Shown: positions 15,568 through 29,700 of the stretch, piece by piece
Layout: each line of letters opens with the position of its first letter
Numbering within the stretch: the stretch's first letter is position 1
NCBI RefSeq assembly: GCF_009914755.1
Contig: NC_060932.1
Length of the DNA: 64,000 nt
Source of the DNA: the human T2T-CHM13v2.0 reference genome, Homo sapiens
Strand: one strand, 5' to 3'
Position numbers and translations under genes: made by a program
Notes under the pieces: generated by a model
Databases searched by the model: none
What the model was told of the DNA's origin: nothing
The model's input: the letters and a program-made list of their open reading frames with translations, nothing else

Positions 15568-16959
15568 TCTCATGTACTCTTATCTTCCCTTAGCATTCTC
15601 TTTTCTCCACTTCGTCAATAGTTAGATGTTCTCATTGTGTCTCGTAAATGTTTTAGGGTCTCTGATTCTGGATTCTTTTGTTCCATTTTTCTCATGCATT
15701 ATATCTTATTCCAAAACCCTTCATATTTACAGTCTCCTGAGACCTTCCTCCTTGAAAATGATATATTAATCCATGCTAATCAGTTAATGAGTTACTTCTT
15801 AGTAACTTGCTTTCATTCTAACAAAGACTTTTAATAAACATAATATATCTATTCTAAAAAAGTAACACAAAAAGTGGAAATTATAAGCACTTTGGTTGGG
15901 TCAGTGGGAAATGTTGAGGGTGGGGGTTGGTCAAGGCCCTCTTTAAAATCACTAGAAAATAGCCCATTGACCTGCCTTGTTGAATGGAACATATATAGAT
16001 AGGGGTGCTCCTAATTTCCTTGAGGGGACTGCATGACCTTAGCATTCTTTTTATACTTTTTAAAATCTGATGTGATTTTTAAAAATATATAGAGAGTTTA
16101 TACACCTTGAAGGGAGAAATTGGGACCAAGGTTTCCTATTAATTCAGAGAAGCCTGAATCCTAGCTAGATGTCAGCTGATTCCTAGACCCTTTTAGGGAG
16201 TTTGGCCTAAAGGACCTGGCCACATCACTGTGGCCCTTTTCTTCATGTTAAGGACCTTAAACCCTTGGTGTTGCTTATGGACACATGTTCTGTCCCTGAA
16301 CAGAATTCTGAGTTCTGTGTGGTCAGGACCTTGGCATTTTACTTCCTTTCATGTTCCATGCTAACCTAGCACAGGCTGGGGACATAACATTACTTAATGA
16401 ATATCGTTAACATATCTTTCTAGAAAAGAGACCAAAACAATTATGCACTTGTTACCTCATGTTTCCGGCAGAAAGCAGCCTTTGAAAATAGTAAAAGCAT
16501 CAGTATCTTTATTTTTGCAGAAAGAAAAACAAAAGTGTCCAAGTGACTCATCTTACAGCGCCACTGGAAAGCATGGCAGAGCTTCATTAGAACTAAATTT
16601 TAACAAGTGGCTAAAGCAGAGAGCACAGGGAATATGACTTCTTCTGTGATCACTCTGCCAGCCCTTGTTCTCCCATTAGGAGGTTTTGAGCAAAAAGGAG
16701 AAGGAGGAATGACTGAGAACATGAGCTGGTTTCATAGGTAAGTTGGAACCAGAAAGATTCTAGTTATTCTCGACACCCAGTGGCATCAAGGAGAAAAAGT
16801 GGTGAGGCCTTGTTGTGGTGCTTAAAGGTGCCATGCAGAGCCTTATCTGCTTCCCTTAGAAGCTCTCTTCATGTGCCATCATCTCAGATTTTGAAATTCA
16901 ATACTCAAAGTTGTTCCCTAGGTCTGCCACTTACTAGCTAAGAACTTTTTGGCAAAGCA

Positions 16960-17230
16960 TGTAGTAGAGGTTCTAAAACCTTCCCAATTGCCCACAAAGC
17001 CCTGCACTATGGGGCTCCTGGCTGCTTCTGTCCCCTCCCTATGGGCCACCTTGCCATGGACTCACCTTTCCAAGCAAGCTCCTGCCTGGGGGCCTTTGCA
17101 CTTGCTGCTCCCTCTCCCTGGAATGCTTGTCCCTCGGAGCTGCATGGCTGATGCCTCACTTTGTATAGGTTCCTGCTCATGCCAAAGTATCAGTGAAGCC
17201 TTTCGTGATAGCCCAATTTAAAGTAGCCCT
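16960..17230 (+). mobile_element. L2 fragment
   Basis: GGGCCTTTGCACTTGCTGCTCCCTCTCCCTGGAATGCT motif typical of L2. Confidence 0.6.
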
Positions 17231-17349
17231 TTACTAGACTCTGGCTTCTGATTCTGATAAAACATAACAGAGTGTAATATCTTCAGGGACTATAAGATCT
17301 CTGAGGTCAATGAACAGGTATTTAATGTTTTTATCAGAAAAAGAAATGA

Positions 17350-17780
17350 TAGATTGGGAAGGCAATGCATGTGTTAATTAGCTTAATTGCACCTTTCTAC
17401 AATATATAAATAGATCAAAACATCAGGCCAGGCACAGTGGTTCACACCTGTAATACCAGCACTTTAGGAGGCAAAGATAGGAAAATTGCTTGAGCCCATG
17501 AGTTCAAGACCATCCTGGGCAACATAGTGAGACCTATTCTCTAGAGAAAAAAAAAAAAAATAGGCAGGTGTGGTGGCACGTGCTTGTAGTCCCAGCTACA
17601 CAGGAGACTGAAGGGAAGGATTGTTTGAGCCTAGGACTTCTAGGCTACAATGAGCTGGGATCTTGCCACTAAACTTCAGCCTGGGTGAGAGAATGAGACT
17701 TTGTCTCAAAAAAAAAAAAAAAAATCACATAGCATTCTAAATGTGCACAAATATTATTTGTCACATAAAAATAAATTATA
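17350..17780 (+). mobile_element. L1MA-like 3' end fragment, split by an AluJ
   Basis: ATGTGTTAATTAGCTTAATTG...TCAAAACATCA [Alu] ...ATTATTTGTCA..TAAAAATAAA. Confidence 0.55.
17426..17723 (+). mobile_element. AluJ-type SINE
   Basis: GGCCAGGCACAGTGG...TTGCTTGAGCCCATGAGTTCAAGACC..GGGCAACATAGTGAGACC; poly-A. Confidence 0.9.
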
Positions 17781-18249
17781 TATATATGAAAAAGCACATA
17801 TCTATGAAAAAGAGACACCATCTGCTTTGTTCAAAATTGTAGCCTCAGTATCTGTATCCTTGTATGTAATCATTTAATGTATTTAATGAGAAAATGAAGT
17901 CTCTTAAATTTTTTGTTTTTGTGTTATTATATGAAAAACAAGATTAATAATCCTACTTTCTTTTTGTGAAGAGTTGATATATATAAAAAATCTTGGTAAA
18001 CTTTAAGATACTATACAAATGTAAATAATTTGCATTTTTTATAACTGAGTAATCTGCAAGAAATTTACTAAAAGCTTTAAATTTAGATATTGATTAACTT
18101 TTTTCTTTTCTAAATTGTATTAACCATTTTCGGAACTTTTGTCTTGTTTTAGGGATTATAGTCATGATATATATGATGATCAATAGTAATAATCAGGTAC
18201 ATTTATGTAGGTATAGATATATATAAACAGAGAGATAGATATATAGGTG

Positions 18250-18288
<39 letters not shown>
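18250..18288. repeat. (GATA)n tetranucleotide STR
   Basis: About 9-10 perfect GATA units. Confidence 0.95.
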
Positions 18289-18679
18289 CTGGAGAAGCAC
18301 AATGCCCTGTTCATTGGTTCTATTTTCCAGTTTCCTTAGTCTTTAACAAGATCAAGTAAAATTCACGATTCTAGCTATCTTTGAATACAAGGGAATTTTC
18401 CCAGTTTAACAGTAGTCAGTAAGTCAAGAGGAAGAACTTTCTTGTTAGATGGAAAATAATACACCTGACTTCAGACACAGAAACTGTGATGTGCTGTTGG
18501 GACTTCCACTTGAAAATCCCTAGTGGGTTGTTGATTATTAGCAACTGGTGGGCAGAAAGAAGTTAGGAAGTATTATTTATTTGGGTTTCATCTGAATGTA
18601 GATAATAGGGTTAAATGTGAAAACTGGCTATTCCCCTATGCAAGTTCAATATTAGAACAGCAACTTCAAATGGACATGG

Positions 18680-18920
18680 TAGTGTGTGAAGTGCTTCGCA
18701 TATGTTAGACATCATGCTTTGTGTTTTTCTTGCATTATTTCATTTAATTCTCATAATACCCTCATGAGTAGGAGCTAGTTTTATCACCATTTTCAGTTGA
18801 GGTGACCAAAGTTTGCTGAAACAAATCAATTTGCAAAAGCCAACAGAGCTAGTAAGAGTGGGAGCTGGAATTCAAACCCAGGTTTGTCTAATTTGGAAGC
18901 CAAAGGTTTTAATTAGTATA
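18680..18920 (-). mobile_element. MIR
   Basis: TTTCATTTAATTCTCATAATACCCT...GGAGCTGGAATTCAAACCCAGGTTTGTCT. Confidence 0.7.
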
Positions 18921-18937
18921 TTAGATTTTATACCGTT

Positions 18938-19898
18938 TAATTTATACAATAAAAATTAAACACATATTCTTAATCAGGAGGGCTGTCCCCTTACAACACA
19001 TTACATGAGAAGCCCAGCAAGTCATGGAAATGACTCCAGTGTTTTAGTAACACAGCTCTCTGAGAGTAGCATCCAATATGAAACCCAAAGGGGGATTTCA
19101 TATTTTCTGCTTATACATTGGCTATTCATAGTATGTTCTTTACAAAAGCACTACCCTTCTTTTTCACAGTGCCAAGGAAATTGTGTGTGACATGGGCTTT
19201 TGAGTAGAGTTCACTTTTATCTATGTAAGTATTGGGATATGTGTTATATGAGTATTTGTTTCTCATTGAAATAAATGTAATGTGCATATTATAACTAAAC
19301 TGAAATAGTTCCTGGCATGAAAGCACAGAATGATGAATGAAACCTAGTGTGATTTGCCTATAATTGTGCTCCTCTGTGTCTGCCTTACGTCCTTTCTTTT
19401 ATTTCATTCCACACAAGTCTAACAGAGAACAAGCAGCCACACTAAATCATACTAAATTATTCAATACAGCACTTGGCGGATGTTTGTGAGGTATGTATGT
19501 TAAAGATGATGGTAATCTTTGTAGGGAAGAGAAAGGCCAGAGGACTTTCACATATTCAGGAAATGTGCTTAGACATGCATTTATTTTCTTTGCTTTGTTT
19601 CTTTTAAAGATTCACAAGCTTTTGTGAGTGTATTACAGCGGAGCTGGCAGACAATCCTTATTTGTTTTCTCCATTAGATACTTAAGGGACAGATACCATG
19701 CTAAAGGGTATAGCAGTAGAGGAGCTAATGTACATAGGCAGTGGCACTGGAGGCTAAATACACACACACCCCCCACACAACCTAGGAATAATTTAGGCAG
19801 TAAATATTAAACACATATTCCTAATCAGGAGAGCTGTCCCCTTATAATGCATTACATGAAAAGTCACTGAATAACTCCAGTGTTTTGGTTACACAGCT
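18938..19898 (+). repeat. Dispersed direct duplication, copies at 18938-19057 and 19789-19898
   Basis: Both copies read ATTAAACACATATT(CT/CC)TAATCAGGAG(G/A)GCTGTCCCCTTA...ATTACATGA...ACTCCAGTGTTTT.GT.ACACAGCT. Confidence 0.85.
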
Positions 19899-20431
19899 AG
19901 AGAGAAGACGGGTTTGAAGAGCGGTGCTAAGATTCCAGACAGGCCAGCAGCAACAGTCAAGCAGCCAGTAGGTAGCTGCCCTTGCACTCGACTATGATTT
20001 ATCTGCAAATCTCCAATTCTTGGCAACTGGGACTGGCAAGAATGAAGACAGAGACTGAGAAAAGTTAAAAATAAGTGCAGTTTTCAGAACCAGAACAAAA
20101 GTGCAGGAATAAGCCACGCAGGTGCAAAATTCCCAGTATTTGGCTGGAGTAGTTTAAGTTTCTCCTGTCCTCTGTCAGAACTAATGCAAGAGATTAAGAA
20201 TCAGACCACTTACTTCTGTATGTGGAGTCAAATAGGTCCAGGCACAAAGCACAGTCTTTTACTCCTGAGTTTGCATTTTGCTGCACCAACAGTAACTACA
20301 ACATATGCAGTGATATTGAATTGGAATAGCAATGCAATTGATTAATGCCAGGCAACCAAGTGATTCTGTGAGAGTTGGTGAATTTATAAATATGTACAAG
20401 TGAACAAATGTTTATCAACTCATAATTATCT

Positions 20432-20625
20432 TTATTAGGGTACAATTAAGAAACAGATGGCATATTCAATTAGAGTAATTGAAAAAAGTATTAAGAAAGG
20501 TTATCTTCAAGGATGTAGGCATGTTGAAGGGAAATCAACCACAGACGATGAAGCACCCTGGGGTTAGTAACTGCTGGAAGTTATTACCATTTTTAGGCCT
20601 AAAAGAGTAGAAACAGAACAGAAAC
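20432..20625 (-). mobile_element. ERVL LTR fragment (LTR40/41-like)
   Basis: AAGAAACAGATGGCATATTCAATTAGAGTAATTG...GAAGCACCCTGGGGTTAGTAAC; resembles 24070-24530. Confidence 0.45.
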
Positions 20626-20914
20626 CACCTACACAGTCCATATTAACATACTTTTGGTATTTCATACAGTTCTTTCCTAGGAAGATAAAGTTTTAAATAA
20701 CTTTATTGCTTAATTTAGAAAATTTCTACAAGTCCATTTATTTCAAAATCATACTGTTTAACTTACCCTTATTTGAGTAAATAGCCTCTTATCAAGATAA
20801 CAGATGATTCAACTGAGCTTAACAAGCAAATGTTTATTCTTTAACTTACCTGTAAAACCTGTCTTGCTGTATGTACCAACCCTAAACTATTATATCACAA
20901 GTGTTGCCCAATTC

Positions 20915-21220
<306 letters not shown>

Positions 21221-21819
21221 AAGTTTTGCCCAGTTCTAAGCATACTCCTACATTGAAAACTTTACCTTAAATCGACCCTCAAAACATATATATCTTGACT
21301 TTTCTCTCCCTCCTGCAAGATGCTGCTAAGAATATGTCAACATAATGATCTGTCTTCCTGTGAGAAACAAAAAACTCAGCCTTGTCCAGTCAACACAAAC
21401 TCTCACATGTTGTAGACTGCATCCTTAAAAATTTAGATCTGCAAAAACTGATCTAGAAAAACTTGCCTTTCTAGAAATACGCTGAGGTAACATTTTAAAA
21501 GCTGGTTTTTAGTTCTAAAATAAGTTGAAAATCACAAATAGTAAAAATCACCCTGGAAAATCCCTAAATTGCCCATAAATATAGAGTACAAGATTCTTGG
21601 TAGATAGCTCTGTTCACTAATATGCATGTATTACAGGATAATATGTTAAACATGCAATTCCATAGAAAGACCATAATCAGCAAGTAAATAATTTGAGGGT
21701 TTTTGCAACACTTCACAATTTTGTGGAAATTTTAAATTCTAGTGTTATCATTATTTTCTACAATAGATTGTAGCAATTTTCCCAATTTTGGTTAATGTTT
21801 CCCTAAAGACTTCCAGGAA

Positions 21820-21962
21820 TTATTTTGTTAAACAACTTCTGATGTTGAAATAAGTTCCAACATAAAGTTTCACAAAAGTACAAAGAATAATTGTATATCC
21901 TTTACACAGATTCACTGATTTTGAATATTGTCCCACATTTGCTTTTTTTATTCTCTCATTGT

Positions 21963-21998
<36 letters not shown>

Positions 21999-22670
21999 TT
22001 TTGCTGAACCATTTGAGAATAGATTGCATACATCATTATTTTTTATCCCTTAATACTTTAGTGTATATTTCTCAAGGGTATTTTCCTACAAAACCACAAC
22101 CTAGTTATCAAATTCAGGAAATTTAATATTGTCATGCTAATTTTATCTAATGTAGAGTCCACATTCCGGTTTCTTCAATTATCCCAATAATAGCATTCAT
22201 AGCAATTTTTCTTCTAGTACAGAATCTGGGCCAGGATCATGTATTACACTTAAGTTATCACATTTCCTAAATCTCATTTAATTCAATCTAAAGGCTAATT
22301 TTCTTAGCCTTTTTTTTCCCCTCTTTCCTAACCTTGATATTTTGGAAGATTACAAGCTAGTTGTTTTATAGACTGTCCTCAGTTTGGTTCACCTGATGTT
22401 TCCTTATCATATGACTCTGGTTTCGTACTTACTGGCTGGATTGCTAAATACATGATGTCATGTCCTTCTTAGGCTGTCACATTTGTAGGTACGTCATGTG
22501 TGTTTACACTTTATTTATGATGTTAACGTTCATAACTTGGTTAAGGTGTTGTGTGGTTTCTCTGTTGTACTGTAAAGTGTAATTTCTGTAAATTATAATT
22601 TGTAGGGATGTATTTTGAGATTATGTTAATAACCTGTTTCTCATCAACTCTGGTCCCATTAATTCCTTAA
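21820..22670 (-). mobile_element. L1MC/MD-like 3' region
   Basis: TTTTTGCTGAACCATTTGAGA...TACTTTAGTGTATATTTC...ATCAAATTCAGGAAATTTAATATTG. Confidence 0.7.
21965..21994. repeat. (CA)n microsatellite
   Basis: About 15 AC units. Confidence 0.95.
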
Positions 22671-23209
22671 TTTCTTCCTGGAGGAGTCACAACCTTCTTC
22701 ATCATGTATACAATTTTTTCATGTTTGATAATCCCTTGAGAGTGGGTTTGGGAAATCACTGAGACCTTTAGATATATTCTACATTTTGGCCGAGTTGATT
22801 GAATTCATGTAAATTAAATGTGGTTCTGCTAAAAGCTCTATTATAATAACAATAAAAGAGGAGTCCTACAGATGCAAGCTCTAATCATTCACATTTGACA
22901 CGGATGAAATGACTGACTAATAAATCACATATTCAGTGTACAGTTTACTGAAAAACGATCATGATGAATATAATTTCAATAAACATAAAAATATTTTAAC
23001 TGTGCTGAATAGAAAATTCGATAATAAATTTAAACGGCCTAATGATATTTCCTCTGTAAAATGCATGCTTGACAAAGAAAATTTTCATTGGTGTTATAAT
23101 TCTGAATAAAATGTTTGCGTTCATAAATACAGAACTCGGATATCCATGACATGGAGAGGATAGTCACAATGGCAGACTGAGATAGTATAACTGGGCATTT
23201 TTGCATATC

Positions 23210-23425
23210 GACGTTGGAGCCTGAACTCCAGGGTTGTAACTTCACTGCCACCACTTACTAGATTGGACCATGGACAAGTTACTTAATCTTTGCCTTGATG
23301 CTCTATCTGCAAAATGGGACAATAATAATAAGTAACCATACAAAATTGTTATGAGGATTGAAAGATTTAACACCTGTAAAATGCTTGGAATAGTCCTGGC
23401 ATGTTAATCTCAGTAAGAGTCACCA
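23210..23425 (+). mobile_element. MIR
   Basis: GGACAAGTTACTTAATC...ATCTGCAAAATGGGACAATAATA...TTGTTATGAGGATT. Confidence 0.7.
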
Positions 23426-24069
23426 TCATCATTATCACCAGTTTCATAATAATCACCTTCATTCTGTATTTTTTCTGGGGTGGGGAAAGGAAATATTTCA
23501 AAACTGGGAACCTCATCTAGCCTGAAATTAACTGAGAAAATAATCCAGGATATTACTGATCATTCTTTGACAGTAGTGATAATGTTGTGGCAACTTGTAT
23601 ACTGAGTAAAATAGCACTATGAACTTTCCTTAGCATAGGTCACGAAAGGACATGTCTTTAAAATGTTTAGATCACACCTCTCAGTTGAGGTTTCATCACT
23701 GGAAACATCATTTTTAACACCATTGCCAGAATTATAACTGTCATGCTTCCAGTTTTAATGTCTGTGGCATGCTATGAGTTTAAACTAAATTATCTCATTT
23801 AATCTCAGCACCAAATTTATAAGGGAGATATTATTATCAGCCTTATCTTATTAAGAAAGAACAGGTTTTGAAAAGCTGGAAAAGTTGCTGAAGTTCATGG
23901 GTCTAAGTAGAAGAACCAGACTTCGAACTATAATATCAGGCTATGTGCAGATCCATTACACCATACTGCTTTCTGGAAATATACGTCCTTGTCTGTGGGA
24001 CTGTTGTCACTTCACTTTGGATCAACTTTGCTGCTAATAATATTGCAATAAATGGTATTCCTTTGTCAA

Positions 24070-24535
24070 TTGTATTAATCAAAGTCCTGGGAGGAAAGGA
24101 GATATTGTACATATGAGAATAGTTTAAGAAAACATAATTAAGAGACTCTGTACTAAGGTATGGGAGGAGTTAAGGAATTCAAGAATTGGCAAAGCCTTCT
24201 GAAACTAACAATGACAGAAAGTCATTACCATAACAAGGCCAACACAGGCAAGGGCAGGAGGCAGCCGCTGGCATTTGGAGAGAGCTGCAGCCATGTGACA
24301 GAGGCCATCTGATATACCCACTCCAGAGGAACACAACTCCTGCTAAAGTGCCACCCTGTTGCAAGAGAGTAGGGCCTAATAATACCTCAATCTCTCTCTC
24401 CTTCAGTTATCTGACTTCATTTCAGTGCCTTCCACTGGCCAAACCCAACTGGAAGCCAGAAAGCAAGGGAGCTTAGGTGACACAGTTGGTAGAAGCCATT
24501 CTCCCTGGGCACAGATAAAGGCTGAGATGGGCAGA
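24070..24535 (-). mobile_element. ERVL LTR (LTR40/41-like)
   Basis: TGTATTAATCAAAGTCC...TGCCTTCCACTGGCCAAACCCAACTGGAAGCCAGAAAGCAAGGGAGC. Confidence 0.55.
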
Positions 24536-26439
24536 AATTACCAGGTTGGTTTTGCAGCAGGGTTGGGGGAGAAGGCAGGGGGAGAATGGAGACTTACTGT
24601 GTAGCACTAAGCATACCTGAGATATTATTCTACAGTACCATCACTTAGTACAATATCGGTCGAGAAAATTGAAGAATTCAAAAATTAAAGATACAAATCC
24701 ATTTAATAACAACATACTTTTCAAAATGTGAGGGGAAAACTTTTTTTTTTAATTAAGAAAGTACATCCTCCAGGTAATGTCATTGCGTAGGTATGTGGAA
24801 TGTAAAATGTTTGAATGGGATCAGCAGTCTTCTCCAAGTTGCTTATACGTTAAACTGATCCTTGAATGGGTTGCTATAATTACATTTTAAAGAGTCTGGC
24901 AAACATTGCAAGTTTTTTGCTTTGCATTTAAATTGGCTCAGCATCTTGGTGCCAGTGGAATTTACCAGGCTGGTGAGAGCTCAGCTCAGATTTCTCAATG
25001 CTTCACAGCCCCATGGGCCCCTTACAATGTTTCTTTGGACACCCTCTGTACTGTGTCATTACTGTAGGTCATCTGCTGGGGAATCACATTGTCACACACT
25101 CTCCTCGTGCATCCTGTCGTCTTGTCTTCTCCGTAAGCAGCCCTGTGCTGTGAGCCTGCTCCGCAGGATTTAGTCTATGTGAAGGAAATTGAAAATGAAC
25201 ATTAACAGATTTTGTTCTTACTCATTTAGAAAATAATTCATATGCCTTGATTTTGGTGATGTTCACAATCCTTCATTGACTCTCAAATTTCTGCACTCCT
25301 GAAGCCCATTTCTGAGTTGAGGCTTTTTCTGCTCTTGCCAATCGCTAGGTAGAACAAGTATAGCCTTGGTCATGCCCTTAACAGATCATGAGGCTGAGTT
25401 TAACCCAGAGAAGGCCTCCCTGGTAAAAGGGAGCTGAAGCTGAAATCCATTAATTATTTGCAAAGCTCTGTTTTTGTTTACATTTTCTGTCATCTCAAGC
25501 AGAGTGGCATCATTTAGGCACTATGTAAAATCTTTCCAGCAATTCATTCAACTTACATCATGTATCCAACTGGGGAGGAATTCCTGGAGCTGTTCTAAAA
25601 CAATGAGTGTTGGTGAGTTGAAAAATTGAAATGACATTTTAAAAATGCTACTAAGCTGAGTTGAGAGAGAAAAAAGGGAGGCTTGGAGTTTTCTTTCTAT
25701 TACGACATATTTTTTCAAAATTCCCCATTTTCAATTCCTCTTAATGTTTCCAGTGATTGAAGCACTTTGTTTAGGGCAAAGAAATATAAATCAATAGAGA
25801 ATTACTTAACTAGAAAATGCAAATCAATACCAACTTCCTTATGCAGGAACTTTTTGGTCTGAAATATTTAGCAATATGCTATTTGTTTTAAAAAAATGTG
25901 GCTGTAATAAGTGATAGCTTGTAGTGATGCTATTTACATATCAAAGCACTATAAAATAATCAGTTTATCTCAGGGCATGAACAACTACCACTTTTTTGTG
26001 CATTCTATATCTATTATAAACAGACAATAATAAAATAAATAGAATCAGAATAGCAAAAGGACAGTTTTGAATTATCATTAATATATAATGCACACCTAAT
26101 CCATATGTCCTATATTTTTCATTAATAAATATCTAATGAAAATTGATATATAAGCGTAATGATCACTTAGAAGGACATTTAAGTGTTTCTGAATGAAAAA
26201 ACTAAATTATTTTGTGTTTGATCTTGTCTGTTTTGGTACTTTGATAATTTTCTGTGATTAAGAAAACACAAAAATGCTGAGCCAGGAAAATTAAATTATT
26301 TAGTATCTGCTGTCACTTTCAGAGAAAGAACTTTGTACTGTACTAAGATTGTGATCCTGAACCTACTGCTTATTAGCTGTTCCATTCTGAGTAAATCAAT
26401 TACGTGTTAGTTGTTTTGTCTTTGCAGATTCTTCTTAGC

Positions 26440-26850
26440 TGGGTCCTTTACTGCATTGACCATGTGCCAATGGTGGCTCCATATTTTTATTAGACTCTAC
26501 TCCTTTAGCAATAGTTGACTTGGACCTAAGCTAGACCAATTAAGGTCCTTCGCTAGGATTTGGCTTGGCCCAGTGAGAGCTTTCCTGCATTGGCTGAAGC
26601 TTTATGGTGCATAACTTATGAACCAGTGGCCATGGTTCCCTGAGTCTGAAGAATGCTGGTCTGCAGTGAAAGGGAATAAAACCAACACGCAGAGAGAAAC
26701 AGTTGCAGGCACAGTCCTGGGGAGGTCCATGTTTCTCGTTCTAGTTGTTCCTGATGCCCCTCTGCCTCCCTGCATTTCCTGTGACCGGGTCATTCAACCT
26801 TTACTTGGCTTTTACTTATTCAAATTGGGTTTTATCTCACTCAGTTTGGG
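26440..26850 (+). mobile_element. LTR16-like ERVL LTR
   Basis: GACCTAAGCTAGACCAAT...GAATAAAACCAACACGCAGAGAG...GTTCTAGTTGTTCCTGA...TTGGGTTTTATC. Confidence 0.5.
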
Positions 26851-28599
26851 TTAGAATATTAAACCCTCAATTTCACAAGCTGCACCCAAAGCCTTGTATG
26901 TGATTTTTGTTTGTTTGTTTGCAATTCGTGTAATACCATTGAATCATTTATTTAAAAGCTCTTGAAATTTTAACCCAACTATTTCAAGTTTATGTGGTCT
27001 TTGTCTTTTATTAATTAATAATTACTATTACCATATACACAGAGAACATTAGTTTTTGGGGATTTTAAAATTTGTTTTTAATCAACTGTACTTAAAACAT
27101 TTTAAGGAACGGGATTTTGTGTTATTTTTTTAAAGAAGGTTCTCAAAATTATGTAAACCTAATGCTCCTATGAAACCTGGAACCACTTTTCACCCTAATT
27201 AATACAACTTAACTTCTCCAATTTTCAATTCACTTGTTTGTAAAAGATAGGAAATTAATCTTGAATGTCACTAAAATTCTGTGACTCTACTAATGTATAA
27301 AGTATAACTTCCCTCCACGCCTCATTCATTTTTACAACCCATTGGGAAATGACTCTTTCTGTTCAAAGTTACACAGAGGCCATAACAACGTGCCATTAAT
27401 TAGTAACAGAAAGAATTTTGAGGAGGAAGTGACCAGAAGAACTGGAAACTTGAGGGGATTTTAGGTAAATTCTACCTGCCATTACCCCTCTGGAACAGAC
27501 AAAGGGTCTCAATATTGAGGGACAATTGCTGAAATGAAAATTCTAGGTATTATACGTTGGGGACTTTTTATTTTTTTTCATTACAGTATCATACTTCCTT
27601 TCTGGTGCTTAGATGATTCCCTGAAGTTTTGTAGTCTAGCGTTTGATTCTTTCTTTTGCATCTTTAAATTTTTTTATTTATGTAACATATTAAAAATGTA
27701 ACACTTTTCAGACATGTTAAATATACTGAAAATAGTTTACTATCAGAAAGCGCCGATTACCAAGAGATAAAAATTTTCTCCATTGTTTTCTGTTACTGCT
27801 GTTCAGCTGTCAGACATTAGCTCCTTATCATACGGTCCTGCTTGCCTCTTATCTTCTTAGTTTTCTAAATGTATAATGCACCTCAACTTTTTCTGGTTCT
27901 AAAGGTTATTAAAGTTTTTCCATTGATAGTATTATGGCTTCACTCAATTTTAAGGAAGAACTTAAAGTCACAAGGTGGTAGCTAGCCAAAGACTTTCTTT
28001 AAAGAATTAACAATATAGTTGATATGTGGAATTTTAAAAATGTAGCTTTAATTGGATTTTTTGCATATTCTCATTACCCATGTCCAGTATCAAAATTACA
28101 AGACCAGCACTGTATTCAGCCCAATTTCACATATATGTGAAATTAGCCAAGATTGAGATTAACTGATAGGACTGGTCACTTAGAATTCAGAGTTATTGAA
28201 GGAAAACATCTGCCTAACCCTAGACATTTAGACGAGCTGGAGTGGGACAAATGGAGAATGGTTGGGATTAAGAAATCAATAAGATCCACAAGGATAGCAT
28301 AGGTAATAATGGAGGCCCAATCAGTAGCATATACGGTGGAGGGAAGATGAGTTGTGACCCAGAGATCTGGCAGTGAGGGTCAGATAGAGAACACAATAGA
28401 TAGGAGAGCAAAGTATCCATTTGCTGTAGTGTACAATAGATGGCAGGCAAGGAAGAAGGGCCTTGACTTCCAGAAAGGCAGCAGGTAGAAAGGGATGGGT
28501 TCCTGGTGGCCTGGGCTAGCTCAGAGTCCCAGAACTAAAAGACTAGGGTTGAGAAAACAGAAGCCACTCCAGGGTCAACTTTGACCCCCCTTCCAATTC

Positions 28600-29165
28600 A
28601 TTCTTCACACACAGATGTCAGACTTGCACATGTAATTACACTCCTCCTCTATTTAAACATTGTAATGACCTCCATTGTCCTCAGGATGAAAGTCCAAATT
28701 CTTCAGCATGACCCAAACAGTCATTCATGGTCTAGTTTATGCCTTCTCCATGAGCCTTATTGCCCAGTTTCCCTTCTCATTCTCTATATTCCAATACATT
28801 GAGTAATTATAATTCCAAAAGAGTAACGCTACTTTATGCCACTATCTTTTTGCACATGCTATTACCTCTGACTATAAAACTTTCACCTTGAAAAATCTTC
28901 CTCGTCCTTCAAGTCTTAACTCAAGCAGTACTTCCTTTCTGAAGCCTACCTTGCTCATTCTCCCAGTAGAGTTGGTCCCTACTGTCCTTGCACATTCTCA
29001 AGTTATGTACTATTGTATCTTGCTAAAAGTTTTATTTTACATGGTTATCTCTTATACTAGAAATATTATCTTATTGTGAATAGATTCCATGCATTATTCA
29101 TTAACCCTAATATTAAGGTTATGTCTGGCCCATACTGAACCCTCAGTGCTTATAGAATAAATAAT
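28600..29165 (+). mobile_element. L2 3' region
   Basis: CTCCATTGTCCTCAGGATGAAAGTCCAAATTCTT...TTTGCACATGCTATTACCTCTG. Confidence 0.6.
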
Positions 29166-29489
29166 GAGACAGGTTTTCAATTAATAAATCTTGAGTATAA
29201 AGTGAAGGTTTGAGATAAAGTAAAGTAAGACCTGGTTATAGAAAACAGAAGAGAAAGTCACAGTGCATCTAACATCAACAATGACCTTTGCTGAGCCTTT
29301 GAGTATAGGCCTCCATAACTTTCTTCAAGCTAGAAAGAGAATTTTTTCCAATACAGAGGCAGAATTAAGCCTATTTATTTATCTGGAGTGAAGTAACAGC
29401 AAAGCCATAGGTGAGAAGGATGTAAAAACAGAAAGCTGTAAGCCTGATTAGCCAAACTTCAGAAATACAAGTTTCCCTTGCCTTGAAGA

Positions 29490-29700
29490 AGCACCAGGTA
29501 GCAGAAAGAGCCTGGGCTTTGGGGTTGTAAGAAACTTGATTTACAGCCATTTATTAAGTATAAGATGTTAACTTTCATTCTCTGTCAGTTTTCTTAATTT
29601 TAAAATAGGGATATTAATTCTAACCACAGAGGGTTTGTGAGAATTAGCTGAAGTTATATAGTGCAAATGTGATAGAATGGGCTCTAGGAATGTTTGTTTT
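29490..29700 (+). mobile_element. MIR
   Basis: GAAAGAGCCTGGGCTTTGG...CAGTTTTCTTAATTTTAAAATAGGG...GGTTTGTGAGAATTA. Confidence 0.6.
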
